Shown here: positions 7,025 through 15,681 of the stretch, piece after piece
How positions within the stretch are numbered: position 1 is the stretch's first letter
How the letters are laid out: each line of letters begins with the position of its first letter
Assembly: GCA_042568205.1 (NCBI GenBank)
Contig: JBHPJE010000007.1
Location: 35-64,034 of the forward strand
DNA length: 64,000 bases
Origin: Patescibacteria group bacterium
GTDB taxonomy: Bacteria > Patescibacteriota > Gracilibacteria > UBA1369 > PNNO01
Direction: 5' to 3'
Made by a program: the position numbers and the translations under genes
Notes under the pieces: generated by a model
Database searches by the model: none
Told to the model about the DNA's origin: nothing
The model's input: the letters and a program-made list of their open reading frames with translations, nothing else

Positions 7025-8008
7025 ATGCACTCCACGAAGAAAATCAACAAAAACATTGAAATTGTTGTAACGGGTATTGATGGATTGAACCTTATGTCAA
7101 AAAGAACTTGTAATATGATTTATGAAGTTCTAATAAAAAATTATACAAATGTTTGTATAACAAAGATAGAAAAAGAAATTGATTTAGAAGAATTAGTTAA
7201 AAGATCACCTGATTTAGTATTTTCAAGTATTAAATGTGTGAAATTTAAAGATAAAGATGGTAAGAAAACCAAGAGAATTTGGTTATCAGAATATTTAGAT
7301 AAATTTAATATTAAATACACTGGCTCTCCAAAGGAAGCTTTAAAATTAGATTTTGATAAAAGTAAGGCTAAGGAAATACTTCAAAAAGCAAATATTGATA
7401 CTTCTATATTTTTTATTGCTGTGCCTGATCAATTTTTAAAAAGCAAAGATTTGCCAATTCCATTCCCACTTTTTATCAAACCTTTATGTCAGGGTGGGGG
7501 AAAAGGAATTGATTTTGATTCTATAGTCAATGACTTCGAAAGTTATCAGAAAAAAGTTAAAGAAATTTTTGGACAAACTAAAACGCCTGCTTTAGTGGAA
7601 AAGTATTTAAGTGGGCGGGAATTTACAGTAGGAATAATTGGAAACGACTATAAAAATCTCACAGTAATGCCTATAGAGATAATTCCTGTTCCAAATTCTG
7701 CTCAAGAGAAAGTACGTGGCTCACTAGTAAAAAAAGCAGACACTGAAAAGCCTCTTTATATAAAAAACAAGAAGGTATGGAAGAATGTGTCTAAGCTAGC
7801 GGAAAATGCTTTTAAAGCTCTAGGAGCTCACGGTTATGGTCGAATTGATATAAGGATGGATGGAAAAGAAGTACCATATTTTCTTGAAGCAAATTTAATA
7901 CCAGGTTTGGATAGAAACTATGGCGACCTTCCACGGTCATGCAAAATAAATAATGTTATGACTTATGAAGCTATGATTTTAGAAATTGTTAATCTTGGAT
8001 TAGCATGA
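7025..8008 (+). CDS. ddl: D-alanine--D-alanine ligase family ATP-grasp enzyme
   Basis: The 327-aa ORF has an ATP-grasp core (PLFIKPLCQGGGKGI, VEKYLSGREFTVGIIG, GRIDIRMDG..YFLEANLIPGL). The N-terminal region is divergent from canonical Ddl, so the symbol is tentative. Confidence 0.65.
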   Translation: MHSTKKINKNIEIVVTGIDGLNLMSKRTCNMIYEVLIKNYTNVCITKIEKEIDLEELVKRSPDLVFSSIKCVKFKDKDGKKTKRIWLSEYLDKFNIKYTGSPKEALKLDFDKSKAKEILQKANIDTSIFFIAVPDQFLKSKDLPIPFPLFIKPLCQGGGKGIDFDSIVNDFESYQKKVKEIFGQTKTPALVEKYLSGREFTVGIIGNDYKNLTVMPIEIIPVPNSAQEKVRGSLVKKADTEKPLYIKNKKVWKNVSKLAENAFKALGAHGYGRIDIRMDGKEVPYFLEANLIPGLDRNYGDLPRSCKINNVMTYEAMILEIVNLGLA

Positions 8009-9045
8009 GTGAAATAAGAATAAATCTTAAGAAAATTGCGGAAAATTATCTTACGTTAAAAACATATTTAAAAGCTAAGAAATTAAATATTACACCTGTT
8101 GTAAAAGTAGTTGCAGGTGATGTTAGGATTGTAAAAATTATTGAAGAGAATGGTGCCGACTCTATAGGCGACTCAAGAATTAAAAATATTAAAAAATTTA
8201 AAAAGGCAGGAATAAAATCAAAATTTCTTCTTTTAAGACTTCCATCTAAAACTGAAATTGATGAAGTAGTTGAATTCGCTGACTATAGCCTTAATAGCAG
8301 TATTGAAATTATTTCAATGATCGATAATGAAGCAAAAAAACAAAAAAAACATCATGGGATAGTATTGATGATTGAAATGGGAGATCTAAGAGAAGGAATT
8401 GATTCTGAAAAAGCATTAGAGATTTCAAAAAAAATATCTAAAATGAAGAATGTATATCTAAAGGGGATTGGTGCTAATTTTGCTTGTTATGGGGGAGTAA
8501 TTCCTTCAGATCAGAAAATGCGGATGCTAAGCTCTATTTCAAAAAGTTTCCCTAATATTGATTGGGTTTCTGGTGGTAATTCAGCAAATATCAGTTGGGT
8601 GAGAAATTCAAAAGATATGTACAAGATAAATCATTTACGATTAGGTGAATCTATAATGCTTGGTTGTGAAACTTTGCTCCGAAAGCCAATACCAGACTTA
8701 AATCTTGATGCCTTTGTATTAACAGCTGAAGTTATTGAATTCGAGAAAAAAAAGTCAGCTCCTGATGGAGAAATTGCGCAAAATGCTTTTGGTGAAATTC
8801 CACAAATTCAAGATGAAGGGTTAATTTATCGAGCAATACTTGATATTGGTAGGCAGGATATTGATTGTGATGGGATTACTCCCTTAAAGAAGAATATAAA
8901 AGTATTAGGTGCAAGTAGTGATCATTTGATTATAAAGAGCGATTCAATCCTTAAAATAGGAGATAAAATAAAATTCATCCCAAATTATTCTGCTTTGCTA
9001 AGGATTATGACGTCACCTTATGTTAAAAAGGCGTATACTGTATAA
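8005..9045 (+). CDS. PLP-dependent amino-acid racemase, alanine-racemase N-terminal fold (COG3457/ornithine-racemase-like)
   Basis: The 346-aa ORF has a candidate PLP lysine in PVVKVVAG and a TIM-barrel-like pattern. It lacks the canonical Alr VVKANAYGHG motif. It overlaps the ligase gene by 4 nt (ATGA). Confidence 0.65.
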   Translation: MSEIRINLKKIAENYLTLKTYLKAKKLNITPVVKVVAGDVRIVKIIEENGADSIGDSRIKNIKKFKKAGIKSKFLLLRLPSKTEIDEVVEFADYSLNSSIEIISMIDNEAKKQKKHHGIVLMIEMGDLREGIDSEKALEISKKISKMKNVYLKGIGANFACYGGVIPSDQKMRMLSSISKSFPNIDWVSGGNSANISWVRNSKDMYKINHLRLGESIMLGCETLLRKPIPDLNLDAFVLTAEVIEFEKKKSAPDGEIAQNAFGEIPQIQDEGLIYRAILDIGRQDIDCDGITPLKKNIKVLGASSDHLIIKSDSILKIGDKIKFIPNYSALLRIMTSPYVKKAYTV

Positions 9046-9081
9046 TGTATTTCAAGAAATATAGTATTAACAATAATTACA

Positions 9082-9456
9082 ATGGCAAAACATTTCGATG
9101 ACAAACCAATGCGTGAAACTGATGCAACTGCAGGTTCTGCTGCGGATGATCGTTTTGAAGAAATTATTGAAAGAGTAAAAGCTTCAGGTGCCGAAATTAT
9201 GAATGATACAACTGGACCTCTTTATATTGATTTTGATCGGGAGGAAATTGAGATCGGAGAACAAAGAATTGTTGAATTCAATCTTAATAAAATGGACTTT
9301 CAGATTATACGTAACGTGAAAAATGTAAGAATAACTGGCGATGGATTTAACAAAAGTCTTGAAGACCTTGAAAGGCCAATTAATGAAATTAAGTTAAAAC
9401 GTAAGCCTGAATTAGAAGATGATTGGGTAGTTATGGATTTGGATGATATGTTTTAG
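9082..9456 (+). CDS. hypothetical acidic protein (124 aa)
   Basis: This is a long ORF with the local coding orientation. I recognise no motif. Confidence 0.5.
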   Translation: MAKHFDDKPMRETDATAGSAADDRFEEIIERVKASGAEIMNDTTGPLYIDFDREEIEIGEQRIVEFNLNKMDFQIIRNVKNVRITGDGFNKSLEDLERPINEIKLKRKPELEDDWVVMDLDDMF

Positions 9457-9536
9457 TTGACACGAGCTGAGCGGTTTTTATTGTTTATTACAGCGTTTTT
9501 TGTTATAAAGATATATAGTAATTAACCTCATTCTTA

Positions 9537-10640
9537 ATGAAGAAATCTCAATTAACAGTTCCAAATTTTGCAGCATATTTTTTGTTGGCAGCTTTGGCTT
9601 TGTTATTTTATTTACTTTATGTTTTATATCAACCGTTTTTAACGGCTTTGATTTTCGCAGTTTTCTTTGCGACTATTTTCTATCCTATGCATAAGTTTAT
9701 ATATAAAATTATAGGAGGGCATAGTAGAGTAGCATCGTTAATATCCTGCTTATTAACACTTTTAATAATTGCAGTGCCATTAACATTTTTTGTAACAGTA
9801 TTATTAATTGAGGCTGTTAATGCATCTTTTGATATAGCTATTAAGTTTCAAAGTGGTTTCTTTAATCAATATTTTGAATGGTGGAAAGAAGGAAATATAT
9901 TATATGACCAGTTTATGGCTTTTTATCCAACAATTCAGGAAAAAATGGGTGGTAATTTATTAAACTTTGATGTTATTGGAAAAATTGCTCAAACAGCTCA
10001 GGAAGTTGGTTCAAATTTATTAACAGTAATTAGTACAATTTTCAATAATATCTTAATGTTTTTCTTAGGTATTGTTGTGTTCTTCTTTGCACTTTATTAT
10101 TTTTATAAAGATGGGGATGATATTTTAGATAGAATAATGTTCATTACTCCACTTCCAAGAAAACACGATAAAGCTATTTTTAAAAAGTTTAAAGAAGTAA
10201 GTTTGGCCATGTTATTTGGTATATTCTTTACAGCAATTATTCAGGGAACTTTAGCAGGTATTGGTTATGCAATTGTAGGAATTGATAATCCAATTTTTTG
10301 GGCTACAGCAACTGCTTTGTTCTCACTGGTACCTTTGTTTGGAACAGCAATAATTTGGGTGCCTGCTTCTATATTTTTACTTATTTCCGGAAATGTTATT
10401 GGAGGTGTTGGTCTGTTATTATGGGGAACATTAATTGTAGGAACAGTTGATAACTTTATTCGTCCTTACTTAATAGAAGGACGCGCACCTGTTCATCCAT
10501 TATTAACATTTTTAGCAGTTTTAGGTGGAATCTTTGCTTTTGGTTTAAAGGGAATTATTTATGGTCCAATAATTCTTAATTTACTATTAGCATTTTTACA
10601 TATTTATGAATTGGAATATGCAAAAGTATTAAAAGATTAA
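9537..10640 (+). CDS. AI-2E family transporter (PerM/UPF0118)
   Basis: The 367-aa polytopic membrane protein has the family-typical C-terminal region (VPLFGTAIIWVPASIFL.., DNFIRPYL). Confidence 0.8.
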   Translation: MKKSQLTVPNFAAYFLLAALALLFYLLYVLYQPFLTALIFAVFFATIFYPMHKFIYKIIGGHSRVASLISCLLTLLIIAVPLTFFVTVLLIEAVNASFDIAIKFQSGFFNQYFEWWKEGNILYDQFMAFYPTIQEKMGGNLLNFDVIGKIAQTAQEVGSNLLTVISTIFNNILMFFLGIVVFFFALYYFYKDGDDILDRIMFITPLPRKHDKAIFKKFKEVSLAMLFGIFFTAIIQGTLAGIGYAIVGIDNPIFWATATALFSLVPLFGTAIIWVPASIFLLISGNVIGGVGLLLWGTLIVGTVDNFIRPYLIEGRAPVHPLLTFLAVLGGIFAFGLKGIIYGPIILNLLLAFLHIYELEYAKVLKD

Positions 10641-10650
10641 CCTATTAAAT

Positions 10651-10863
10651 ATGCAGATAGAAGTTGATCAAAATAAATGTATAGGTTCACAGCCATGCAC
10701 AAAAATCTCTCCTACTGTATTCAAACTTGGTGATGATGGAAAAGCTTATATACTTGATCCAAAGGGAGATACAGATGAACAAATTCAAATTGCTGCAAAA
10801 GCATGTCCTGTTGGTGCAATTATTCTAAAAGATGAAGATGGGAATGTTGTTTTTCCTAAATAA
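10651..10863 (+). CDS. small single-cluster ferredoxin
   Basis: The 70-aa ORF has the Cys pattern C-IGSQP-C ... ACPVGAI seen in monocluster Fe-S ferredoxins. Confidence 0.8.
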   Translation: MQIEVDQNKCIGSQPCTKISPTVFKLGDDGKAYILDPKGDTDEQIQIAAKACPVGAIILKDEDGNVVFPK

Positions 10864-12799
10864 AACTCTTTTTAAATTTAGAATAGTAATAATTTATACC
10901 AAAATAACTTAGGATGTGAAATCCTACAGCTTCTATTGGGTGTAAAATTAGGCCTGTAAAAGGCGCAAAAGCACCAGCTGCAATTGGTATCAATAAAATA
11001 TGATATAAACTTAAAACAAAAATAGTTTTTTTAGAAAAGTCAGTAATTAATTTTGAATTTTCAAAAACATTTTTAATTTTATTAAGATCATTTTTAATAA
11101 TAGTTACATCATTTTTATGTTCAGAAATATTAATTGAGGCACCAACGGCAATTCCAACATCAGAAGCATCTAAAATTTCTTTATCTTTTAATCCGTGACC
11201 AATTGAGGCTACGATTTCTTTTTCTTCCTGAAATTTATTAACTGTTTCAACTTTTTCTCTATGTTTTAATTCTCCAATATATTCTTTAATGCGTAATTCA
11301 TTAGCAATTGCCCTTGTAATTATCTCATTATCTCCAGTTATTAATGTGATTTTAAAGTTCTTGTTTAAGTAATGCATACCTTCTTTAGCATGATCATTTA
11401 TGCTATCTGCAATGCCGATTAATCCGATTAACTCGCGGTTACGAGCAATAAAAACAGGACTTTTAATATTTCGCGACATTACCTCAGCTTTACTAACAAG
11501 TTCATCTATCATTTGAACATTAGAATCTTTCATTAATTTTAAATTTCCAATAATTATTTCCTGATTATCCACTGTTCCAATTATTCCGTGTCCTTCGAAA
11601 AATCTATGATTTTGAACTTTTGTTACAGCTATCTTTTGTTCTTTGCAAAAGCGTGTAATTGCTTCAGCAAATGGGTGAGGGGATAAACTTTCTAAAGCAG
11701 CAACAAGTATTAAAAGTCTTTTTTCGTTATATCCAATTTTAGGAATTATATTTGTAATTTCCGGCTTACTTGCAGTAATAATCCCAGTCTTGTTTAAAAT
11801 TAATCTATTTACACTGGATAGTTTTTCAATTGCTCTTCCACCTTTAAATAGTATTCCATCTTGTGAAGATTTATTAATTCCAAATCTATAATATCGTTTT
11901 ATAATTGTATAAAAATTTTCAGGTGAAACAATTAATAGTAAACTAACAAAAATCATTATCGAAGAATGTACTGGACCGTTTAGCAAAATCCAAACTGTTA
12001 GAACCAATAAAGATAAAATTAAAAACAACAATGTTAGAATCTTTTCACTCTTTTTTACTTTTTTTTCTGTATTACTTAAATTCTCTGTTCGCTTTTTAAG
12101 AATTGAAATAATTTGTGAAATGCTGGAATCTTCATCAATTTGTGTGACTTTAATTAGAATTCGGTTTTCCATATTTTTAGCACCTTCAACTATTTGATCT
12201 CCGACTTTTTTTTCTGTCATTGATTCGTTCACTAATGTGTTCCCTTCAATAATAATTCCATCAGCAGCTACCATTTCACCTGATTTAACCTCTATTACAT
12301 CCCCAATTTTTAGTTCTTCTAATTTAAGTTCATGGATTTTATCATCTCTAAGTATTCTTACAAATTCAGGATGTTTAAAATCAAATGAATGTATAAATTT
12401 CTTGTATTTATTCTCCTTAACATACTTATAAAAATCAAATCCACATAAGAATAAAATAATTAAAGTAATAGTTATATATAGAAATGGTCGAGAAACCTCC
12501 TCAACCATTGATGGAAATAAAGTAAGTGTAAAACTATAAAAATAAAGAGTTATAATTGCAAAACCATTCAAACTTTCAGATACAAGCTTAAGCCTTCTAA
12601 TACTTTTAAAAGTTGTTTTTAAAATTCCAATACTTCCAAAAGCAACAATTAAAGTAACAAGCAAAAAAGCTGAAATAGATTGAATTAATAAAGGAATACT
12701 TTCAATTTGACTAAAAGTAATTAAACCCGCAGCTAATATTGCTGTTAAAACAGCTAAAATAATCACTTTATTTCGCAGTTTTTTTTTCGATTTTTGCAT
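10856..12799 (-). CDS. P-type (P1B-like) ATPase homologue with degenerate catalytic motifs
   Basis: The 647-aa ORF keeps the overall P1B layout, with TM helices, an actuator-like GDVIEVKSGEMVAADGIIIEG segment, LITGDN and DVGIAVG. DKTGT is replaced by NKTGI (11779-11800). TGES is absent (VNESMTEKKVGD). The TM CPC motif is SPE (11918-11926). GDGIND is GHGLKD. No N-terminal HMA domain is present. Confidence 0.75.
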   Translation of the reverse strand: MQKSKKKLRNKVIILAVLTAILAAGLITFSQIESIPLLIQSISAFLLVTLIVAFGSIGILKTTFKSIRRLKLVSESLNGFAIITLYFYSFTLTLFPSMVEEVSRPFLYITITLIILFLCGFDFYKYVKENKYKKFIHSFDFKHPEFVRILRDDKIHELKLEELKIGDVIEVKSGEMVAADGIIIEGNTLVNESMTEKKVGDQIVEGAKNMENRILIKVTQIDEDSSISQIISILKKRTENLSNTEKKVKKSEKILTLLFLILSLLVLTVWILLNGPVHSSIMIFVSLLLIVSPENFYTIIKRYYRFGINKSSQDGILFKGGRAIEKLSSVNRLILNKTGIITASKPEITNIIPKIGYNEKRLLILVAALESLSPHPFAEAITRFCKEQKIAVTKVQNHRFFEGHGIIGTVDNQEIIIGNLKLMKDSNVQMIDELVSKAEVMSRNIKSPVFIARNRELIGLIGIADSINDHAKEGMHYLNKNFKITLITGDNEIITRAIANELRIKEYIGELKHREKVETVNKFQEEKEIVASIGHGLKDKEILDASDVGIAVGASINISEHKNDVTIIKNDLNKIKNVFENSKLITDFSKKTIFVLSLYHILLIPIAAGAFAPFTGLILHPIEAVGFHILSYFGINYYYSKFKKSFI

Positions 12800-12806
12800 A
12801 GCTTAG

Positions 12807-13538
12807 TTATTCAAGCTCGCTTTCGATCAAAGCCTTAAATGATTCATAACTTTGTGGTACACCTCTAATAATTTTTCCATTCACAAACAGTGTTGGAGTA
12901 CCTTTCGCACCTGAAGCAAGTGCATCAATTCTATCTTTTTCAACTTCTTCTAAATACTTCTCATCATTTAAACAAGACGAGAATGTAGCTTTATTAAGCC
13001 CTAATTCAACTGCATATCCAATTAATGTCTCGTTTAATTCTACAGCACGACCCCATTCGCTTTGTTTCTCAAATAATAATTCATGCATTTCCCAATAACT
13101 ATTTTGATCTCCAGCACACTGCGCTGCCTGAGCAGCATTTTTTGCAGGTGGATGAATATTTAAAGGGAAATCCCTATAAACGTATTTAACTTTATTAGTA
13201 TCTAAAAAGTCCTTTTTAAATTCAGGGAAAATATTTGTATAGAATTTTTTACAGAAAGGGCACTGGTAATCACTGAAGTCTATTATTACAACTTGAGCAT
13301 TTTCAGGTCCTAAAAAAGGATCATCATCAACCGTTGCATCTTTTAACTCTATCTCTGGAACTGTGTCAGTTTTTTTATCTTCTTCTTCAACATTAGTATT
13401 CTTTGTGGTTTCATCAGAGATACTAATTGTTGTAAGTTCGAATCTGCCCACCATATAGCCTAAAAGTGCTCCAATTAATATTAGGGCAACTGTTTTCCAT
13501 ATATTAGAATTCATAATTATTGGGTTAAATAACGTCAA
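12807..13538 (-). CDS. membrane-anchored DsbA-family thiol:disulfide oxidoreductase
   Basis: The 243-aa ORF has an N-terminal TM helix and the thioredoxin-fold active site CPFC (SDYQCPFCKKF). The C-terminal GTPTLFVNG is typical of DsbA-like proteins. Confidence 0.8.
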   Translation of the reverse strand: MTLFNPIIMNSNIWKTVALILIGALLGYMVGRFELTTISISDETTKNTNVEEEDKKTDTVPEIELKDATVDDDPFLGPENAQVVIIDFSDYQCPFCKKFYTNIFPEFKKDFLDTNKVKYVYRDFPLNIHPPAKNAAQAAQCAGDQNSYWEMHELLFEKQSEWGRAVELNETLIGYAVELGLNKATFSSCLNDEKYLEEVEKDRIDALASGAKGTPTLFVNGKIIRGVPQSYESFKALIESELE

Positions 13539-13555
13539 TAATTATGCCCTATTTT

Positions 13556-15547
13556 CTAAGCATTCACAAATTTAATTAAATTGAACTTCTTAATTCCAAA
13601 ATAACCTCCAACGCCAAGCCCACACAGTAATAGAAAATAAATAATATAACTATAATTAAAACTTTCGTGATTTTCTATTGGAGGTTCAGAAATAATTTTA
13701 AATTCATCAAGAATATTTTCGCTATTGGTTGTGGCACTAATAATTGCACCCTTTTTAAATATTTTTCCATACATTGAAGTACCATCATCAATATATTTTA
13801 TTGATATTTGCTCTTCAGAATCAGCTTGTTTAAGAGAAACATATGCTTCTTTGTCATTTATTTCAATAATTTCTCCTTCGTATATATATAATTTTGGATT
13901 TTCTTCTCCTGGAGTTATTTCCGAAGTCCATTCCCATTTATAATCATCACTTTCATTAAAATTTATTTTAGAAAAAGACGAGTTTTCTTCAGATTTTTCA
14001 TATTCAATTTCATCAACTAAATTTTTTTGGAAATCCAGGAGTCGCACCTTCCCATTTGAGTTTTTTAATGAGAATCCCAACTCTGCGTCATTAATGAGAA
14101 GGTGCATTTGCTTTTCTAGGGCCCTATTCGGAAAAATATATTTAGTTTTCGTATTTTCACCAGTATCTAAAGTCCAATTTCCTAAATTTACAGCTTCATC
14201 AGATTCATTTACTATTTCAATCCATTCTTTACCTTTATCTGACCCTTCAGGATTTGGAAAAATTTCATTAATTTTAATTTGATTTGAAAGATCTCCATTT
14301 GGAATCACGATTTCCTTTTTTTCTTCCTCTTCTTCCTTTTCATCTATTTCTTCTTCAAAATCTTCTTCGATTTCAATTAAATTTTCGGTTAAAGGAGTGA
14401 TTGTTTTGGTCCAGACAAAGCCATCTTCGGCGCTTGCAAAGCTCTCGTCTTCAGAAGTTTCTTTATATATTATTTCATCAATTAAATTTTCTTCTGGATT
14501 GAATAATCTCACTGAATCATCTGAATTATTTAAATTTATTTTTGTTTGCCATGATGGAAGTATAATAAATCCATTAGAATTTATTTCATGTATATATAAT
14601 AAAGTATAAGGTTTGCTTCCATCTTCTTCATCATCAATTTGCCAACCTTCTAAGCTACATTTTTCATTTCCGATATTTATTAGCTCGATCCATTCCTGTC
14701 CGTTATCTTTTCCTTTTGGATTTGGATAGACTTCATTAATCATTATGTCTTTTTCGCATATATTTTTATTTATTTCCTCTTCAATTATAGCTTCACATTC
14801 CTGTTCAGGCTCGGGTTCTTCCTCTTCGGGTTCAGGAAAATCAAAAACTAGTTCAGGTAGTTCAACCTCGGGTAATATTTCTTCCTCAGGCTCTGGTTTT
14901 GACGCTTCTTGTGAGAAATTTTTTGTTCCAGGAGTAGGAATGTTTAAAATTTCCCAATCATCTGGTGAATTTGTATCATCAGAATCTTTTCGAGCAATTG
15001 AATCGGTTTTTAAAACCTGATCACTATTAATACAACTTTCAATATTGCCGAAAGCCCAACCTCCATTACTAGCAAATTCTTCAAATTCAGAGACCTCTCC
15101 AGAAGTAGGGGAGGAATTTCTCCAACAAACCATATCAACAATTTCATTATTTGGATTTTTTATTACAACTTGTTCTGTGGTGCCTGTTAAGCCTGATTTT
15201 GCATCTTGGATAATTAAAAGATCATCATCATATCCAATTAAATCTTCATCAGCTTTGAAATAAATTAGAATAAAATCACCTGAATTAATCTGAATATTAT
15301 TTTCAATTTCAATAAATGCTCCATCGTCAAAAATCTTCATGCCCTGAATTGAGCCGCTTTCTATAGCTAATATTTCAATCCAATCATGTTCAGTGTTTTT
15401 AAAACTCACTTCGTTGATCATAATTTTTGGAAAGGGGATGATAGTTGGATCAGGAGTAGCAGGGGAATCCGCTACTACTTTATTAATAAAGAAAATATAT
15501 AGAATCAAAATAGATAAAAGTCCGTAGATTTGTGCCTTATTAAGCAT
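13556..15547 (-). CDS. lamin-tail-domain (LTD) repeat surface protein with N-terminal signal/anchor and C-terminal TM helix
   Basis: The 663-aa ORF has three LTD-type repeats (MINEVSF..DWIEILA; MINEVYPNPKGKDNGQEWIELIN; KINEIFPNPEGSDKGKEWIEIVN). They are separated by acidic linkers. The C-terminal segment is hydrophobic. Confidence 0.75.
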   Translation of the reverse strand: MLNKAQIYGLLSILILYIFFINKVVADSPATPDPTIIPFPKIMINEVSFKNTEHDWIEILAIESGSIQGMKIFDDGAFIEIENNIQINSGDFILIYFKADEDLIGYDDDLLIIQDAKSGLTGTTEQVVIKNPNNEIVDMVCWRNSSPTSGEVSEFEEFASNGGWAFGNIESCINSDQVLKTDSIARKDSDDTNSPDDWEILNIPTPGTKNFSQEASKPEPEEEILPEVELPELVFDFPEPEEEEPEPEQECEAIIEEEINKNICEKDIMINEVYPNPKGKDNGQEWIELINIGNEKCSLEGWQIDDEEDGSKPYTLLYIHEINSNGFIILPSWQTKINLNNSDDSVRLFNPEENLIDEIIYKETSEDESFASAEDGFVWTKTITPLTENLIEIEEDFEEEIDEKEEEEEKKEIVIPNGDLSNQIKINEIFPNPEGSDKGKEWIEIVNESDEAVNLGNWTLDTGENTKTKYIFPNRALEKQMHLLINDAELGFSLKNSNGKVRLLDFQKNLVDEIEYEKSEENSSFSKINFNESDDYKWEWTSEITPGEENPKLYIYEGEIIEINDKEAYVSLKQADSEEQISIKYIDDGTSMYGKIFKKGAIISATTNSENILDEFKIISEPPIENHESFNYSYIIYFLLLCGLGVGGYFGIKKFNLIKFVNA

Positions 15548-15681
15548 AAAAAAATATTAAGGACTCCAATCCTATCAAACACTTTTAAAATTTTTCTAAA
15601 AAATTCTTAAAAAAATATATTGATTTTTGTAATGAACAAGGTAAAATCTCGTTTTGTAATTAGATTAATCAAAAATAATGT

